Positions 38,008-48,449 of a stretch of 64,000 bases of DNA are shown here, one piece after another. A program made the position numbers and the translations under genes. The DNA lies in NCBI GenBank assembly GCA_029564175.1, contig JAKQQL010000192.1:1-64000 (forward strand), given 5' to 3'. Origin of the DNA: Candidatus Cloacimonadota bacterium (GTDB lineage Bacteria > Cloacimonadota > Cloacimonadia > Cloacimonadales > WRIO01). The notes beneath the pieces were generated by a model that was given only the letters and a program-made list of their open reading frames with translations, was not told where the DNA came from and did no database searches. The first letter of the stretch is position 1. Each line of letters begins with the position of its first letter.

Positions 38008-38832
38008 TTAGCGATGTAATCCTGTGTTTAAAATGAATATAGAAATCAATAAAAAAAGGTACAATAAAACTTGTTTTCTACTAAACCGTGTTTTCCAAAT
38101 CAAAGAATCTGATAAAAATGAACCTAAGATAATTAAAGAAGCATTCATAGGGTAGCATACTATTGAAGGTACTGAATGTAATCCCTTTAAAAAGAAAACA
38201 GAAGTAAGTAAGTTTGGAATACCTAAACCAAATCCAAAACATAGTGATTTCCAATCAAATTTAGATTTAGTTATGATGATAGATAAGCCTGAAAAAATAA
38301 CAGCTGAGAAGAATAATAAAGCTAAAAACTGGCTGTCTGGAATTAATGAAATACTTTGATGAATTTTTAAAAGATAATCTGTAAAGCCAGTCACTATGAA
38401 TAAACTTAAAGCTAAAAGGATGTTAAATTTCTTTTGAAACTTACATAAAGACAAAATAATCAAAACAGATAGTATAATACCAGTTAATGAAATCAATGAT
38501 ACTGTTTCACTAAATATTAAAAATGACAAGAGTACTGGAATGATGACAGCAATTCTCATGAAAGATACACTCAGCGAAACACCATTTTTTACAACATTTT
38601 TCTTATAAAGGAGCAGATTTACGACAAACATAAAACCGGCAAACAATGCTAATAATAAATCATAATTCAAAAATGAAACCTGTTTTTTTTCTGATTGTAT
38701 TAGTAAAATTGAAAATGCAAACAAATAATTACCAAAGAAAATATAGGGAACTGATAAATTTTTATGACTGATATAGTGAAGATAATTTGCTATCATAACA
38801 CTGAATAATGCTGAAAGAAAAATAAAAAACAT
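38008..38832 (-). CDS. DMT/EamA-like membrane transporter
   Basis: About 10 TM helices, with GLGIPN and YPMN motifs. Confidence 0.65.
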   Translation of the reverse strand: MFFIFLSALFSVMIANYLHYISHKNLSVPYIFFGNYLFAFSILLIQSEKKQVSFLNYDLLLALFAGFMFVVNLLLYKKNVVKNGVSLSVSFMRIAVIIPVLLSFLIFSETVSLISLTGIILSVLIILSLCKFQKKFNILLALSLFIVTGFTDYLLKIHQSISLIPDSQFLALLFFSAVIFSGLSIIITKSKFDWKSLCFGFGLGIPNLLTSVFFLKGLHSVPSIVCYPMNASLIILGSFLSDSLIWKTRFSRKQVLLYLFLLISIFILNTGLHR

Positions 38833-38855
38833 ATAAGCTCCCTATCTATGTATGA

Positions 38856-39911
38856 TTAAAGAAATTCACTCTTTTGTTTTAACTTCATTTCTTCAACAAG
38901 GTTTTTAACTCGTTCAGATGAACTTCTTGGTATGATAAGAATTGCATCTTCAGTTTCAACAACGACTAGGTTATCAACATCAACACAGGTGATCAATTTC
39001 TTACTGACCATCAGATTGTTATGTGAATTGATGCTGACATGATTACCCGAAAAATGATTATTCATATCGTCTTTGTCAAGTACCTCATGAAGTGAGTACC
39101 ATGAGCCAACATCACTCCATTTCAGGTCAAGAGGCACAACTGCTCTGAGATTAACTTTCTCCATTATCGCAATATCTACAGGCATTTTTGGTAATGATTT
39201 ATATAGTGACCTGATTTTAAAATAATTTTCTACCTGATAATCATAACGATTAATCTGCTCAAGAATATGAGAACCTTCTGAATAATACGTTTTAAATGAT
39301 TGAGAAATGGTTTTTAAAGTCCAAAGAAAAATGCCACAATTCCAATGAAAATTACCTGAAGAAATAAAGTGTTCAGCTGTAGGTAAATCTGGTTTTTCTT
39401 TGAATTGTTTCACATGAAACATAGTATTGCTAAGTGCTTGACCCTGTTCGATATAGCCATAGCCTGTTGCCGGATATGATGGTTTAATTCCAAACACAAC
39501 ATGGTAACCTTGTTGTGATAGTTCTCTAGCATTTGTTACTGAATTTTTAAATAAGGTCATATTATCGATTAACTGATCCGAAGGTACGATCAGTAAATCA
39601 GTATTATCTGTATAGAGTCTGTTAAGATAGTTTACAGAGTATGCGATACAGGCCGCTGTATTCATGGCATAAGGTTCAATAATTATATTTTTTTTGGGTA
39701 ATTCAGGTAAATGTTCATGAACCTGACGATGCTGGTCAATTGTAGTAATGACATAAATATCATCTGATTTTATAAACTGATTTAGTCTTTTGAAGGTCAT
39801 TTGAATTAAGGATTGATTATCAAAAAGCTTCAAGTATTGTTTTGCCATTGTTTTGCGGCTGAGTGGCCAGAAACGGGTGCCGGATCCACCTGCCATTATT
39901 AATCCGATCAT
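38856..39911 (-). CDS. manC: Mannose-1-phosphate guanylyltransferase
   Basis: MAGGSGTRFWPLSR, EP..NTA, ATGYGYI, FKEKP and WSDVGSW motifs. Confidence 0.92.
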   Translation of the reverse strand: MIGLIMAGGSGTRFWPLSRKTMAKQYLKLFDNQSLIQMTFKRLNQFIKSDDIYVITTIDQHRQVHEHLPELPKKNIIIEPYAMNTAACIAYSVNYLNRLYTDNTDLLIVPSDQLIDNMTLFKNSVTNARELSQQGYHVVFGIKPSYPATGYGYIEQGQALSNTMFHVKQFKEKPDLPTAEHFISSGNFHWNCGIFLWTLKTISQSFKTYYSEGSHILEQINRYDYQVENYFKIRSLYKSLPKMPVDIAIMEKVNLRAVVPLDLKWSDVGSWYSLHEVLDKDDMNNHFSGNHVSINSHNNLMVSKKLITCVDVDNLVVVETEDAILIIPRSSSERVKNLVEEMKLKQKSEFL

Positions 39912-39975
39912 ACGAACTCCTTATATAAATTTGATTAACAATTAAAAAATTGGTTTTAATTGTTTTATTTTGAAT

Positions 39976-40617
39976 TTATTGTTTAAATAATTTGGTATCA
40001 GGAGGATAAGTGTAGTTTGGAATATCTAATTTGTGTTTCTTATTAAATCGATGATTGATGAAATGAATGATCACTTTGTTGTTTAGTTGATCTTGATAAC
40101 TGACGGATTTAATAAAATTGCCTTTAAAATCAAAATCAATAGTTAAAAAATCAAAATACTGGTTCAAGGAGATAAAAGATATATTAAAAGGATTTTGTTT
40201 GTTTTTTAGGCTTATTTTGCCGTTTTCTATTTCTCTAAAAATCACAGCAGGATTAAAAGATGGAAATTTACTAAAAGGAATCAGATAGGCTGTTTTAACG
40301 GATGAATCATAGACTGTAACCTGACTGTCTGTAAATTTTATAAATTGCTTGTAAGGTTTATCGAAAATTATGAGATAATTTTGATTCTCACGATAGAGAT
40401 AACCGTGTGATTTAAGTGTCTTGTTTTGAGCTACATAATGATTTTCCTGTTGAATCTCAATCTGATAGAGAGTGCTTTGATTGTATTTTGATACAATCTC
40501 CTGAATATTTTTGAGATTGTCACAAAACAGATTAGTCATGCATAATAAGCTTAAAATAATAAACAGGATTGTCTGTAAAATAGATCTAAATTGTAGCTTT
40601 ATTGAAATTTGTTTCAT
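39976..40617 (-). CDS. lolA: Outer-membrane lipoprotein carrier LolA-like
   Basis: Directly downstream of ftsK. Signal peptide, beta-rich fold and C-terminal YTYPPDTK. Confidence 0.65.
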   Translation of the reverse strand: MKQISIKLQFRSILQTILFIILSLLCMTNLFCDNLKNIQEIVSKYNQSTLYQIEIQQENHYVAQNKTLKSHGYLYRENQNYLIIFDKPYKQFIKFTDSQVTVYDSSVKTAYLIPFSKFPSFNPAVIFREIENGKISLKNKQNPFNISFISLNQYFDFLTIDFDFKGNFIKSVSYQDQLNNKVIIHFINHRFNKKHKLDIPNYTYPPDTKLFKQ

Positions 40618-42919
40618 CCAAATCCTCCATACTCATTAATACATCTCTCGATTTACTGCCTACATGGGGACCAATCACTCTGGCTCGTTCTAAAAGATCA
40701 ATCAATCGGCCAGCACGTGCATAACCAATTTTGAAATGTCTTTGCAACATAGAAACAGAAGCGGTGTTGGAAGCGACAATTAATCTTGCAGCTTCAGGGA
40801 AAAGTTCATCATCATATTCAAAATCATTAATAGATGTGGTATCAGGTTTTGTCATTTGAATCATATTAACTGGTTTTGGTTGGGTTTTTAGATAATCAAC
40901 CAGACTTTCAATTTCAGAATCAGACAGGAATGCGCCATGAATACGTTCTGGATTAGCTTTGCCAGGTGGTAAGAACAGCATATCGCCTCGTCCGAGTAAT
41001 TTCTCAGCACCCATTGAGTCCAGAATAACGCGGCTATCGACTTTGGAAGATACTCTAAATGCTATTCTGGCAGGGAAGTTGGCTTTAATTACACCGGTAA
41101 TTACTTTAATTGAAGGTCTTTGTGTGGCTAAAATGAGATGAATACCAATCGCACGTGCCATTTGAGCCAGGCGGGTGATAGGCATTTCGATTTCACGACC
41201 GGCTGTCATGATTAAATCGGCAAATTCATCAACTATGACAACAATATAAGGTAATTTATGAATTACAGCTTCTTCTGTACCAAATTGTTCTTCAATCTTT
41301 TGGTTGTAACCGGTAATATCACGAACTTTTAAATCCTGAAGCATTTCGTAGCGGCGTTCCATTTCATATACAGCCCAGTTAAGTGCATTCATGGCGTCTT
41401 CAGGGTCTGTTACGACATTCTGAATCAAATGGGGGATACCTTCGTAACCGGATAACTCAATACGTTTAGGATCAATCATCACCAGTCTGACTTCGTCAGG
41501 CGTTGTGTGAAAGAGAAGTGATGTGATAATTGTATTGATACAAACACTTTTGCCAGCACCAGTCGCACCAGCAATCAAAAGGTGAGGCATTTTGGCCAGA
41601 TCAGAAATAATTGGCCTGCCGGCAATATCTTTACCTAACCCGATACTTAAAATATTCTTTGCTTCTCCGGCTTCTTCAGAAAGCAGAACATCACGCAGAA
41701 AAATCACATCTGATAATTTATTGGGTATTTCAATACCAATCAGCCCTCTGCCTGGTATTGGTGCCTGAACACGAATACTCTTTGCTTTGACAGCCAAACT
41801 AAGGTCATCTGATAGTGAAACAAACCGATTGACTTTAATACCTGGGGCTGGCTGAAGTTCATATTGGGTGATGATAGGACCGATATTGACATTAACAACT
41901 TTTGCTTCAATATCAAATTCGGCCAGTTTACTGAGCAGGATTTGACAGGTTTGACTAATTTCTTCCTGTAAGGCAGCTTTATCAACTTTTTTTTCAGTGC
42001 TAGCGCTTTTAAATAAAAAACTTTCTATTTGGGGTTTCACATAGACAGCATCAGGATCAAAATTTTCCTCTACAGGCGAAAAAACTGTCTTGGTCACATT
42101 TTCGTAGTTAAGACGGGCAATATATTCGTCTTCATCTATTTCGTCTTTATCTGTAAGGAAATTGATGCCAATATCACTTAGAATATCTTTATCATTAGAT
42201 AGCTGATTGACTTTGTCCGTAACAGGTGTTTCTATAGCATTATAATCAGGTATTGTTTCGTTTTCGTCTATTGTTGGCTTTAAATCAGGTTTTTTATCAT
42301 CATTTAGAGTAGGAGTTTCTTTTTCAATTTTTAATGGATTACGCTTAAAAAGTGATATCAATGCCTGTTTGATTGTGCTGAAGCCAATATAAAAACCGAA
42401 ACTCAGCAGTGTAAAAAAGAAATTGATGATAAAAGCACCAATTGTGTTGAAGATTCCTTTTAAAAGGTTTGTGTAAAATTGGAAAAGATAAGCATATTCC
42501 GGATTAAATTCAGCAAAAATAAAGTAATTGGAAAAACCAAGAAAACTAAGTAGCGAAATGAAATAAAGATGTTTTTGGAATGAACGATGATGAAATAATA
42601 AACGATTCATAAAAAACAGGAAAAGTAAAACATATAAGAAAAGACAAAAAACTTGTCCAAAAATAACAAAGGATAACCAACCTAAAAAGACACCAAGATA
42701 TCCTATCATGTTCTCTGCAGGAGGATATTTATGGGTTAGAAGATCTACCAGACTAAAAGGATATTCCTTAAAAGTGCTAATATCGTTCTCCAAGTAAGAA
42801 AGGGGAGTGGAAGAGGAAAGAAAGAGGAGTATATTGATAAATAATAAGAAAATAATAAGTAATTTTGTGTTTATTTGTGATACTGATTTTTGTTTTTTTT
42901 CTTGTTTTTTTGCAGGCAT
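40586..42919 (-). CDS. ftsK: DNA translocase FtsK/SpoIIIE
   Basis: N-terminal TMs, MPHLLIAGATGAGKS, IVDEFADL, ATQRPS, and gamma domain SVSMLQRHFKIGYARAGR. Confidence 0.97.
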   Translation of the reverse strand: MPAKKQEKKQKSVSQINTKLLIIFLLFINILLFLSSSTPLSYLENDISTFKEYPFSLVDLLTHKYPPAENMIGYLGVFLGWLSFVIFGQVFCLFLYVLLFLFFMNRLLFHHRSFQKHLYFISLLSFLGFSNYFIFAEFNPEYAYLFQFYTNLLKGIFNTIGAFIINFFFTLLSFGFYIGFSTIKQALISLFKRNPLKIEKETPTLNDDKKPDLKPTIDENETIPDYNAIETPVTDKVNQLSNDKDILSDIGINFLTDKDEIDEDEYIARLNYENVTKTVFSPVEENFDPDAVYVKPQIESFLFKSASTEKKVDKAALQEEISQTCQILLSKLAEFDIEAKVVNVNIGPIITQYELQPAPGIKVNRFVSLSDDLSLAVKAKSIRVQAPIPGRGLIGIEIPNKLSDVIFLRDVLLSEEAGEAKNILSIGLGKDIAGRPIISDLAKMPHLLIAGATGAGKSVCINTIITSLLFHTTPDEVRLVMIDPKRIELSGYEGIPHLIQNVVTDPEDAMNALNWAVYEMERRYEMLQDLKVRDITGYNQKIEEQFGTEEAVIHKLPYIVVIVDEFADLIMTAGREIEMPITRLAQMARAIGIHLILATQRPSIKVITGVIKANFPARIAFRVSSKVDSRVILDSMGAEKLLGRGDMLFLPPGKANPERIHGAFLSDSEIESLVDYLKTQPKPVNMIQMTKPDTTSINDFEYDDELFPEAARLIVASNTASVSMLQRHFKIGYARAGRLIDLLERARVIGPHVGSKSRDVLMSMEDLDETNFNKATI

Positions 42920-43000
42920 AAATCCTCTTATTATCAGATTCAGAAAGGAATCTGTTTAGTTTGATTGTTGCTTGTGAATAATTCTTGCTTTATGATCATA

Positions 43001-43037
43001 AAAAAAGGAATCAGAAACGGATATAGGTTTCTGATTC
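43001..43037 (-). terminator. Intrinsic terminator after ychF
   Basis: GAATCAGAAAC-N8-GTTTCTGATTC with a T-run on the minus strand. Confidence 0.7.
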
Positions 43038-43057
43038 AATTATATTAATAAGATGTT

Positions 43058-44134
43058 TTATACATTAAACCGTACATTGATGATGTCACCATCTTTAACA
43101 ACATAGGTTTTGCCTTCAAGACGGAATAGCCCTTTTTCGCGAATGGCTTTTTCTGAACCATGAGTAACAAAGTCAGTGTAATTAAATGTTTCTGCGCGGA
43201 TGAAACCACGTGCCAGATCAGAGTGGATCTTGCCAGCAGCTTCAAGAGCGATGTCTCCTTTATGGATGGTCCAGGCTCTGACTTCATCTGTACCGACTGT
43301 GAAGAAACTGATTAACCCTAAAACTGAATAAGCTGTTTTGGTAAACACGTTGATGGCAGAATCTTTGATGTTCATGTCTTCCATAAACATTTTTGCTTCT
43401 TCTTCATCCAGACGACTCAGTTCCATTTCAAATTTGCCAGCAAATTCAATGCATTCGGCATATTCTTTGAGTTCATTAATGATGTTTTCATTTTTATAGA
43501 GGTTGTTTTCATCAGAATTAAGAACGATAAGAACTGGTTTTTGACTTAGAAATTGAAAGCCACGTATTGTTTTTAATTCATCTTCTGATAAAGTCAGGCT
43601 AGAAATAGGTTTGATTTCATTAAGTGTTTCAACAATTTGCCTGAGTACTTTTTCTTCAAGTTGAATTGCAGGGGTTTTAATTCCTCTTTTATATCCCAAT
43701 TCAATTTTTTCAATTCTTTTTTCTGCTGTAATCAGATCAGAAAGTATGAATTGTTCGTAAATGGATTTGAAGTCTTTAACCGGATTTGCTTTATAATAGG
43801 TTTCATCAAGCACCGGATCAGAAAAATTTCTCAAAACAATAGCCAGTGCATCGGTATTTTTGATTAAAGTCATAGAAGATGTACTGAGAAACTGATGATT
43901 TTCATCATCTTCACTCATAGCAGGAAAATCTATAAATTCAATATTGGCATAGATGGTACTTTTGGGTTTGTAGATTTCTGAAAGATGCGTAATTCTTTCA
44001 TCCAAAACCAGAACATTGCCAAGATTGGGTTCGCTTTTACTGTCATAAAGACTTGTATCTGCTTCCAGTTTGGTTAAAGCATTAAAGATGGTTGTTTTAC
44101 CAGATTTTGGCAGTCCGCTGATTCCTATTTTCAT
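43058..44134 (-). CDS. ychF: Ribosome-binding ATPase YchF
   Basis: GLPKSGKTTIFNALT, FFTVGTDEVRAW, IHSDLARGFIRAE and EGKTYVVKDGD motifs. Confidence 0.93.
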   Translation of the reverse strand: MKIGISGLPKSGKTTIFNALTKLEADTSLYDSKSEPNLGNVLVLDERITHLSEIYKPKSTIYANIEFIDFPAMSEDDENHQFLSTSSMTLIKNTDALAIVLRNFSDPVLDETYYKANPVKDFKSIYEQFILSDLITAEKRIEKIELGYKRGIKTPAIQLEEKVLRQIVETLNEIKPISSLTLSEDELKTIRGFQFLSQKPVLIVLNSDENNLYKNENIINELKEYAECIEFAGKFEMELSRLDEEEAKMFMEDMNIKDSAINVFTKTAYSVLGLISFFTVGTDEVRAWTIHKGDIALEAAGKIHSDLARGFIRAETFNYTDFVTHGSEKAIREKGLFRLEGKTYVVKDGDIINVRFNV

Positions 44135-44991
44135 TTTTGAGTCCTTACACTTTTATTATTCATTTTGGTGGGTTTGAATGTTTTTTGTTTAGGTTGAGTC
44201 TGTTTTGGGTGATGTACAAGATTTGATTCTGTAACAGCATGTTGAGTTTTTAGCTGATGATTTTCTCTTTTGGCATGCTGAGTATGTTTCACAAGATATA
44301 GCACTTCTTCAGGGGTAAGTGATCTCCACATACCAACAGGCAGATTTTCAAGATGAATTTCACCGATCTGGATTCTTTTGAGTTTGGTTACCTGATGACC
44401 GAGTGCTTCTATCATACGTCTGATTTGACGGTTTCGGCCTTCAAATATTGTCATTTTGATTTCACAGTTTTTATCTGCAACCTTTTTCATATAGACTTTA
44501 GCAGGTAAAGTGGGTCTGTCATCGAGCATGATACCATTTCTTAGCTGGTTGAGTTCTTCTTCGTTTAGCATGGCATCAACGCTTACGACATAAGTTTTGG
44601 GGAGTTTGAATTGGGGGTGAATGATTTTATTCGCCAAATCGCCATCATTTGTTAAGATCAGTAATCCTTCAGAAGCATAATCAAGTCTGCCAACCGGATT
44701 AAGGGATTTTGCAAAATCAGGTAATAAATCGTAGATGGTTTTTCTATCAAATTCATCGCTTTTTGTTACAATGTAATTTTTGGGTTTATTCATAACGATA
44801 AGTGTCTTTTGGACGTCTGGTTTTACCCGTTTATTCTTGTATTGTACAATATCTCTGTCAGGATCAATCTGTCTGCTTAAATCTGTGCAAATTTCGTTGT
44901 TAATTTTGATATCACCATTTAGTATAAATTCTTCGACTTTTCGTCGAGAGCCTATCTGGCTCATTGCTAAAAACTTATTAATTCTCACCAA
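44131..44991 (-). CDS. rluB: RsuA/RluB-family rRNA pseudouridine synthase
   Basis: S4 domain, VGRLDYASEGLLILTNDG and EGRNRQIRRM. Confidence 0.85.
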   Translation of the reverse strand: MVRINKFLAMSQIGSRRKVEEFILNGDIKINNEICTDLSRQIDPDRDIVQYKNKRVKPDVQKTLIVMNKPKNYIVTKSDEFDRKTIYDLLPDFAKSLNPVGRLDYASEGLLILTNDGDLANKIIHPQFKLPKTYVVSVDAMLNEEELNQLRNGIMLDDRPTLPAKVYMKKVADKNCEIKMTIFEGRNRQIRRMIEALGHQVTKLKRIQIGEIHLENLPVGMWRSLTPEEVLYLVKHTQHAKRENHQLKTQHAVTESNLVHHPKQTQPKQKTFKPTKMNNKSVRTQK

Positions 44992-45485
44992 GACTCCAAT
45001 GTATTTTTGATGATATGATCAAACAAGTCACTGAATATTTTGTTGATGGCTTCTTCTTCCGTTTTTTCAATATTCACGTTTGTTGAGCTGGGGTTATAGG
45101 TCTTTGTGAGTAATAGACTTTTATTTTCATAAATGGTCTTACTCATTTTTAAATCGGTAAAAGTGACAGAAAATAAAATCTGAATCTGATATTCCTGAAC
45201 ATTGCCGGCATTATCGTAAGAAAATATCTTTTTTTTGTAATCGATAATCTCACCTTTAAGTTCAGAATCAGGGTTTTGTGTGTTGATTTTTAATCGTCCA
45301 TCGTGAAGAAATGCGTTTACGAGACTATTTTGTGTGTCCTGTGCAAGTGCGTATTCTACGGTTTTGTTTTCAAAGGGCTGGATATAAATAGTCTTTAAAT
45401 GGGGGTACTCACTGGTGTAAACCGAGTAAGAGCAACCTGCAAAAAGCAGTAGTAATAAAAAAATATAATAAAAATTCTTGACCAT
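44985..45485 (-). CDS. LptE-like lipoprotein
   Basis: Lipobox FAGC-SYS, KTIYIQPFEN and terminal W, as in LptE-family proteins of FCB-type bacteria. Confidence 0.7.
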   Translation of the reverse strand: MVKNFYYIFLLLLLFAGCSYSVYTSEYPHLKTIYIQPFENKTVEYALAQDTQNSLVNAFLHDGRLKINTQNPDSELKGEIIDYKKKIFSYDNAGNVQEYQIQILFSVTFTDLKMSKTIYENKSLLLTKTYNPSSTNVNIEKTEEEAINKIFSDLFDHIIKNTLESW

Positions 45486-45513
45486 AAGTTATAAGATTTT
45501 TTTTTATATGTTA

Positions 45514-45561
45514 ATGTCAAGAAATTATTGTCTTGACATGATTAAAAAATTAGATTATAAG
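45514..45561 (+). promoter_or_regulatory. Sigma70-like promoter within a 9-bp inverted repeat
   Basis: TTGACA 45533-45538, 17-bp spacer, TATAAG 45556-45561. ATGTCAAGA-N8-TCTTGACAT palindrome. Confidence 0.6.
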
Positions 45562-45592
45562 TACAAAAAAGTGATAATGAAAGGGGTTTACA

Positions 45593-46276
45593 ATGAATAA
45601 TACGAAACTCTTAAGTGTCGCAGAAGCGGCGAAATACTTAAAAGTTGCCGAATCTGTTGTCATTGAAATGATTAATTCCGGCACATTTAAGGAACAAAAA
45701 ACAGGGAAATCTGTTAAAGTGGACAAAATTGAGATTGATGAATGGCTTACCAATCTGAATGAGAATGAAGAAGCATATCTGGCAATGAAAAGAACAATTT
45801 GTCGTTTCCAGGATTATTTCAAAATTGAAAATATCTTTTTGGATTTTGAAGCAGATAACAAATACGAAGCGATCGCGGTTATGTCCAGAAAAGCAAGAGA
45901 TCTTAAGTTAGTCAGAGATCACCGTTGGTTGTATGAAGTGGTTGTTGCCCGTGAAGAGCTGGTTTCCACAGCAGTTGGTGAAGGTGTGGCTATGCTTCAT
46001 CCAAGACATATGCATCCAACCAAGATTAAAACACCATCTATTTTATTTGGACGTTCAGTTCAGGGTGTAGAATTTGATGCACCAGATAACCAACCGGTCA
46101 GCATTTTCTTTATGTTATTACTGCATAATGACATGCAACATTTGTTCTCTCTGTCATTTTTATCTAAGTTTTTAAAAACAGGCGATAATCTTCAGACTTT
46201 ATTAAATGCAAATACACCTGAAGATATTATGAAGTGTTTTGAAGCTTATGATGCAAATCAACCAATAAAAAAATAA
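45593..46276 (+). CDS. Excisionase-like HTH fused to a PTS EIIA(Ntr)-like domain
   Basis: HTH_17-like LLSVAEAAKYLKV. EIIA motifs AREELVSTAVGEGVAMLHPR and FDAPDNQPVSIFF. Confidence 0.85.
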   Translation: MNNTKLLSVAEAAKYLKVAESVVIEMINSGTFKEQKTGKSVKVDKIEIDEWLTNLNENEEAYLAMKRTICRFQDYFKIENIFLDFEADNKYEAIAVMSRKARDLKLVRDHRWLYEVVVAREELVSTAVGEGVAMLHPRHMHPTKIKTPSILFGRSVQGVEFDAPDNQPVSIFFMLLLHNDMQHLFSLSFLSKFLKTGDNLQTLLNANTPEDIMKCFEAYDANQPIKK

Positions 46277-46287
46277 GCGGGGAATTA

Positions 46288-46737
46288 ATGCCTTTAGTAC
46301 GAATCATATTAGGTAGTCAATCAGATATGAAACACGCGGAAAAAGCGGTTGAGCAGCTAAATCTGTTAAATATCAGCAGTGATTTACATGTGGCTTCAGC
46401 ACACAGGACACCCGAAAGAGTCAGACAATTGATTGAATCAGCTCCTTCAGATGGGGTTCAAACGATTATTGCCATGGCTGGTATGGCAGCTCATTTGCCA
46501 GGCGTGATTGCTTCTATGACTGTTTTACCGGTTATTGGGGTTCCTTTATCCGGATCAGCTTTAAGTGGAGTCGATGCACTTTATGCTGTGGTTCAGATGC
46601 CTCCAGGAATTCCTGTGGCGACAGTGGCTGTTGATGGCGCAAAGAATGCGGCTATTCTGGCAGCTCAGATGATTGCTTTAAATGATAACAATGTTCATGA
46701 AGCATTGATTCAGATGCGAAAAGATTTTTATAAGTAA
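46288..46737 (+). CDS. purE: N5-CAIR mutase
   Basis: GSQSD, SAHRTP, AGMAAHLPG and QMPPGIPVATV motifs. Confidence 0.96.
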   Translation: MPLVRIILGSQSDMKHAEKAVEQLNLLNISSDLHVASAHRTPERVRQLIESAPSDGVQTIIAMAGMAAHLPGVIASMTVLPVIGVPLSGSALSGVDALYAVVQMPPGIPVATVAVDGAKNAAILAAQMIALNDNNVHEALIQMRKDFYK

Positions 46738-46762
46738 ACCCATTATAAATTTCGTAAACAGG

Positions 46763-46793
46763 GCAGAGGCGTGTAATAGCGTCTCTGCATTTT
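46763..46793 (+). terminator. Hairpin/terminator after purE
   Basis: GCAGAGGCG-N8-CGTCTCTGC followed by ATTTT. Confidence 0.6.
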
Positions 46794-46826
46794 AAAAATA
46801 AAATTGATAGTGGATTAAATGAGGAA

Positions 46827-48371
46827 ATGATGTTTGCTCGTTCGATATCTTATACTTTAAATGGAATAGATGCAGAAAAACTATGTATTGAATGTGATGC
46901 CAAGCATGGTACTTTTAGTTTTAACATGGTAGGATTACCTTCCAATTCGGTGAAAGAGAGTAAAGACAGGGTTGCAGCAGCGATTATTAATGCCGGATAT
47001 CAGTTTCACGCACGCCGATATACTGTTAATCTGGCACCGGCAGATCTCAAAAAAGATGATGTGGGGCTTGATTTACCGATAGCGATTGCATTGATGGCAG
47101 CGACCAAACAGGTTAGAAGTCTGAAAATGGAAAAATGTGCGATTGTCGGAGAATTGTCTCTGGATGGAGAAGTCAGACCGGTAAGAGGAATATTACCCAT
47201 TGCTCTGGCAGCAAAACGCGACAATCTGGATGGTATCATCGTGCCAAAAGAGAATGCAGAAGAAGCTGCTATGATTGAGGGTTTAGCTGTTTACCCGGTG
47301 GAGTCTCTGAGAGATACGGTGGAGTTTTTGGAAAACAGCATTCAGATAGAACCCTGTGTTATCAATACCGAAGATATTTTTTCCAATATGAGTCATGTTG
47401 TGGATGATATGTTTGATGTTAAAGGTCAGTTTCATGTGAAACGGGCTTTGGAAGTCTCTGCAAGTGGAGGACATAATCTGTTGATGATAGGACCTCCTGG
47501 TTCTGGAAAGACTATGCTTGCAAGAAGACTTGCCTCTATTCTCCCTGAGTTTAGCATGGAAGAATCCCTGGAAACAACTAAGATTTTCTCTGTTGCCGGT
47601 TTACTCACTGGAACAAACAAAGGGATTATAACTAACCGTCAGTTTCGCTCGCCTCATCATACCATTTCAGATATTGCCTTGATAGGTGGTGGCTCATATC
47701 CAAAACCAGGAGAAGTATCATTGGCACATAATGGTGTTTTATTTTTAGATGAATTACCCGAATTTAAAAAATCAGCTCTGGAAGTGCTCAGGCAGCCACT
47801 TGAAGATGGTTTTGTTACGATTGCAAGGGCAACGCAGACCTTATCTTTTCCTGCCAAATTTATCCTGATTGCCTCGATGAATCCCTGTCCATGCGGATAT
47901 TATGGCTCTCATATAGAAGGACATTCTTGTAGTTGTGGTCAGCAGCAGATTATTCGTTATCGCTCAAAAGTATCAGGGCCTTTATTGGACAGGATCGATT
48001 TACATATTGAAGTACCTCAGATGCATTATAGCGATTTGATGGCTGTTCCAAATGGAGAAAAATCTGTTGATATTCGCAAAAGAGTAAACCTGTGTCGTCA
48101 GATTCAACTGGAACGATTTAAAAATGAATCTATTTATTGTAATGCACAGATGTCATCTAAGTTAATTAGAAAATACTGTGAGCTTGATGAAGAAAGTAAG
48201 GAATTGTTAAGGGTAGCGATGCAGAAAAAAGGCTTATCTGCCAGAGCTTATGACAGAATCCTTAAAGTTTCACGAACAATAGCCGATTTGGATAATAGTG
48301 AGAGAATAAAAGTTCAGCATCTCAGTGAGGCTGTTAACTACCGGAGTCTGGACAGAAAATACTGGGATTGA
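46827..48371 (+). CDS. comM: YifB/ComM Mg-chelatase-like AAA+ ATPase
   Basis: VNLAPADLKK, GELSLDG, GPPGSGKTMLA, PGEVSLAHNGVLFLDE and SGPLLDRID motifs. Confidence 0.93.
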   Translation: MMFARSISYTLNGIDAEKLCIECDAKHGTFSFNMVGLPSNSVKESKDRVAAAIINAGYQFHARRYTVNLAPADLKKDDVGLDLPIAIALMAATKQVRSLKMEKCAIVGELSLDGEVRPVRGILPIALAAKRDNLDGIIVPKENAEEAAMIEGLAVYPVESLRDTVEFLENSIQIEPCVINTEDIFSNMSHVVDDMFDVKGQFHVKRALEVSASGGHNLLMIGPPGSGKTMLARRLASILPEFSMEESLETTKIFSVAGLLTGTNKGIITNRQFRSPHHTISDIALIGGGSYPKPGEVSLAHNGVLFLDELPEFKKSALEVLRQPLEDGFVTIARATQTLSFPAKFILIASMNPCPCGYYGSHIEGHSCSCGQQQIIRYRSKVSGPLLDRIDLHIEVPQMHYSDLMAVPNGEKSVDIRKRVNLCRQIQLERFKNESIYCNAQMSSKLIRKYCELDEESKELLRVAMQKKGLSARAYDRILKVSRTIADLDNSERIKVQHLSEAVNYRSLDRKYWD

Positions 48372-48449
48372 TATGATAAGCATTTATGAAAATTAATACT
48401 TTCATAAAGGGTTAGATAATAATAATGAATCAGAGAGAAAGCAGGATAA

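Noticed and set aside
45593..45760. Excisionase-like HTH as a prophage marker
   Set aside because: It is fused to an EIIA domain among housekeeping genes, with no integrase or phage genes.
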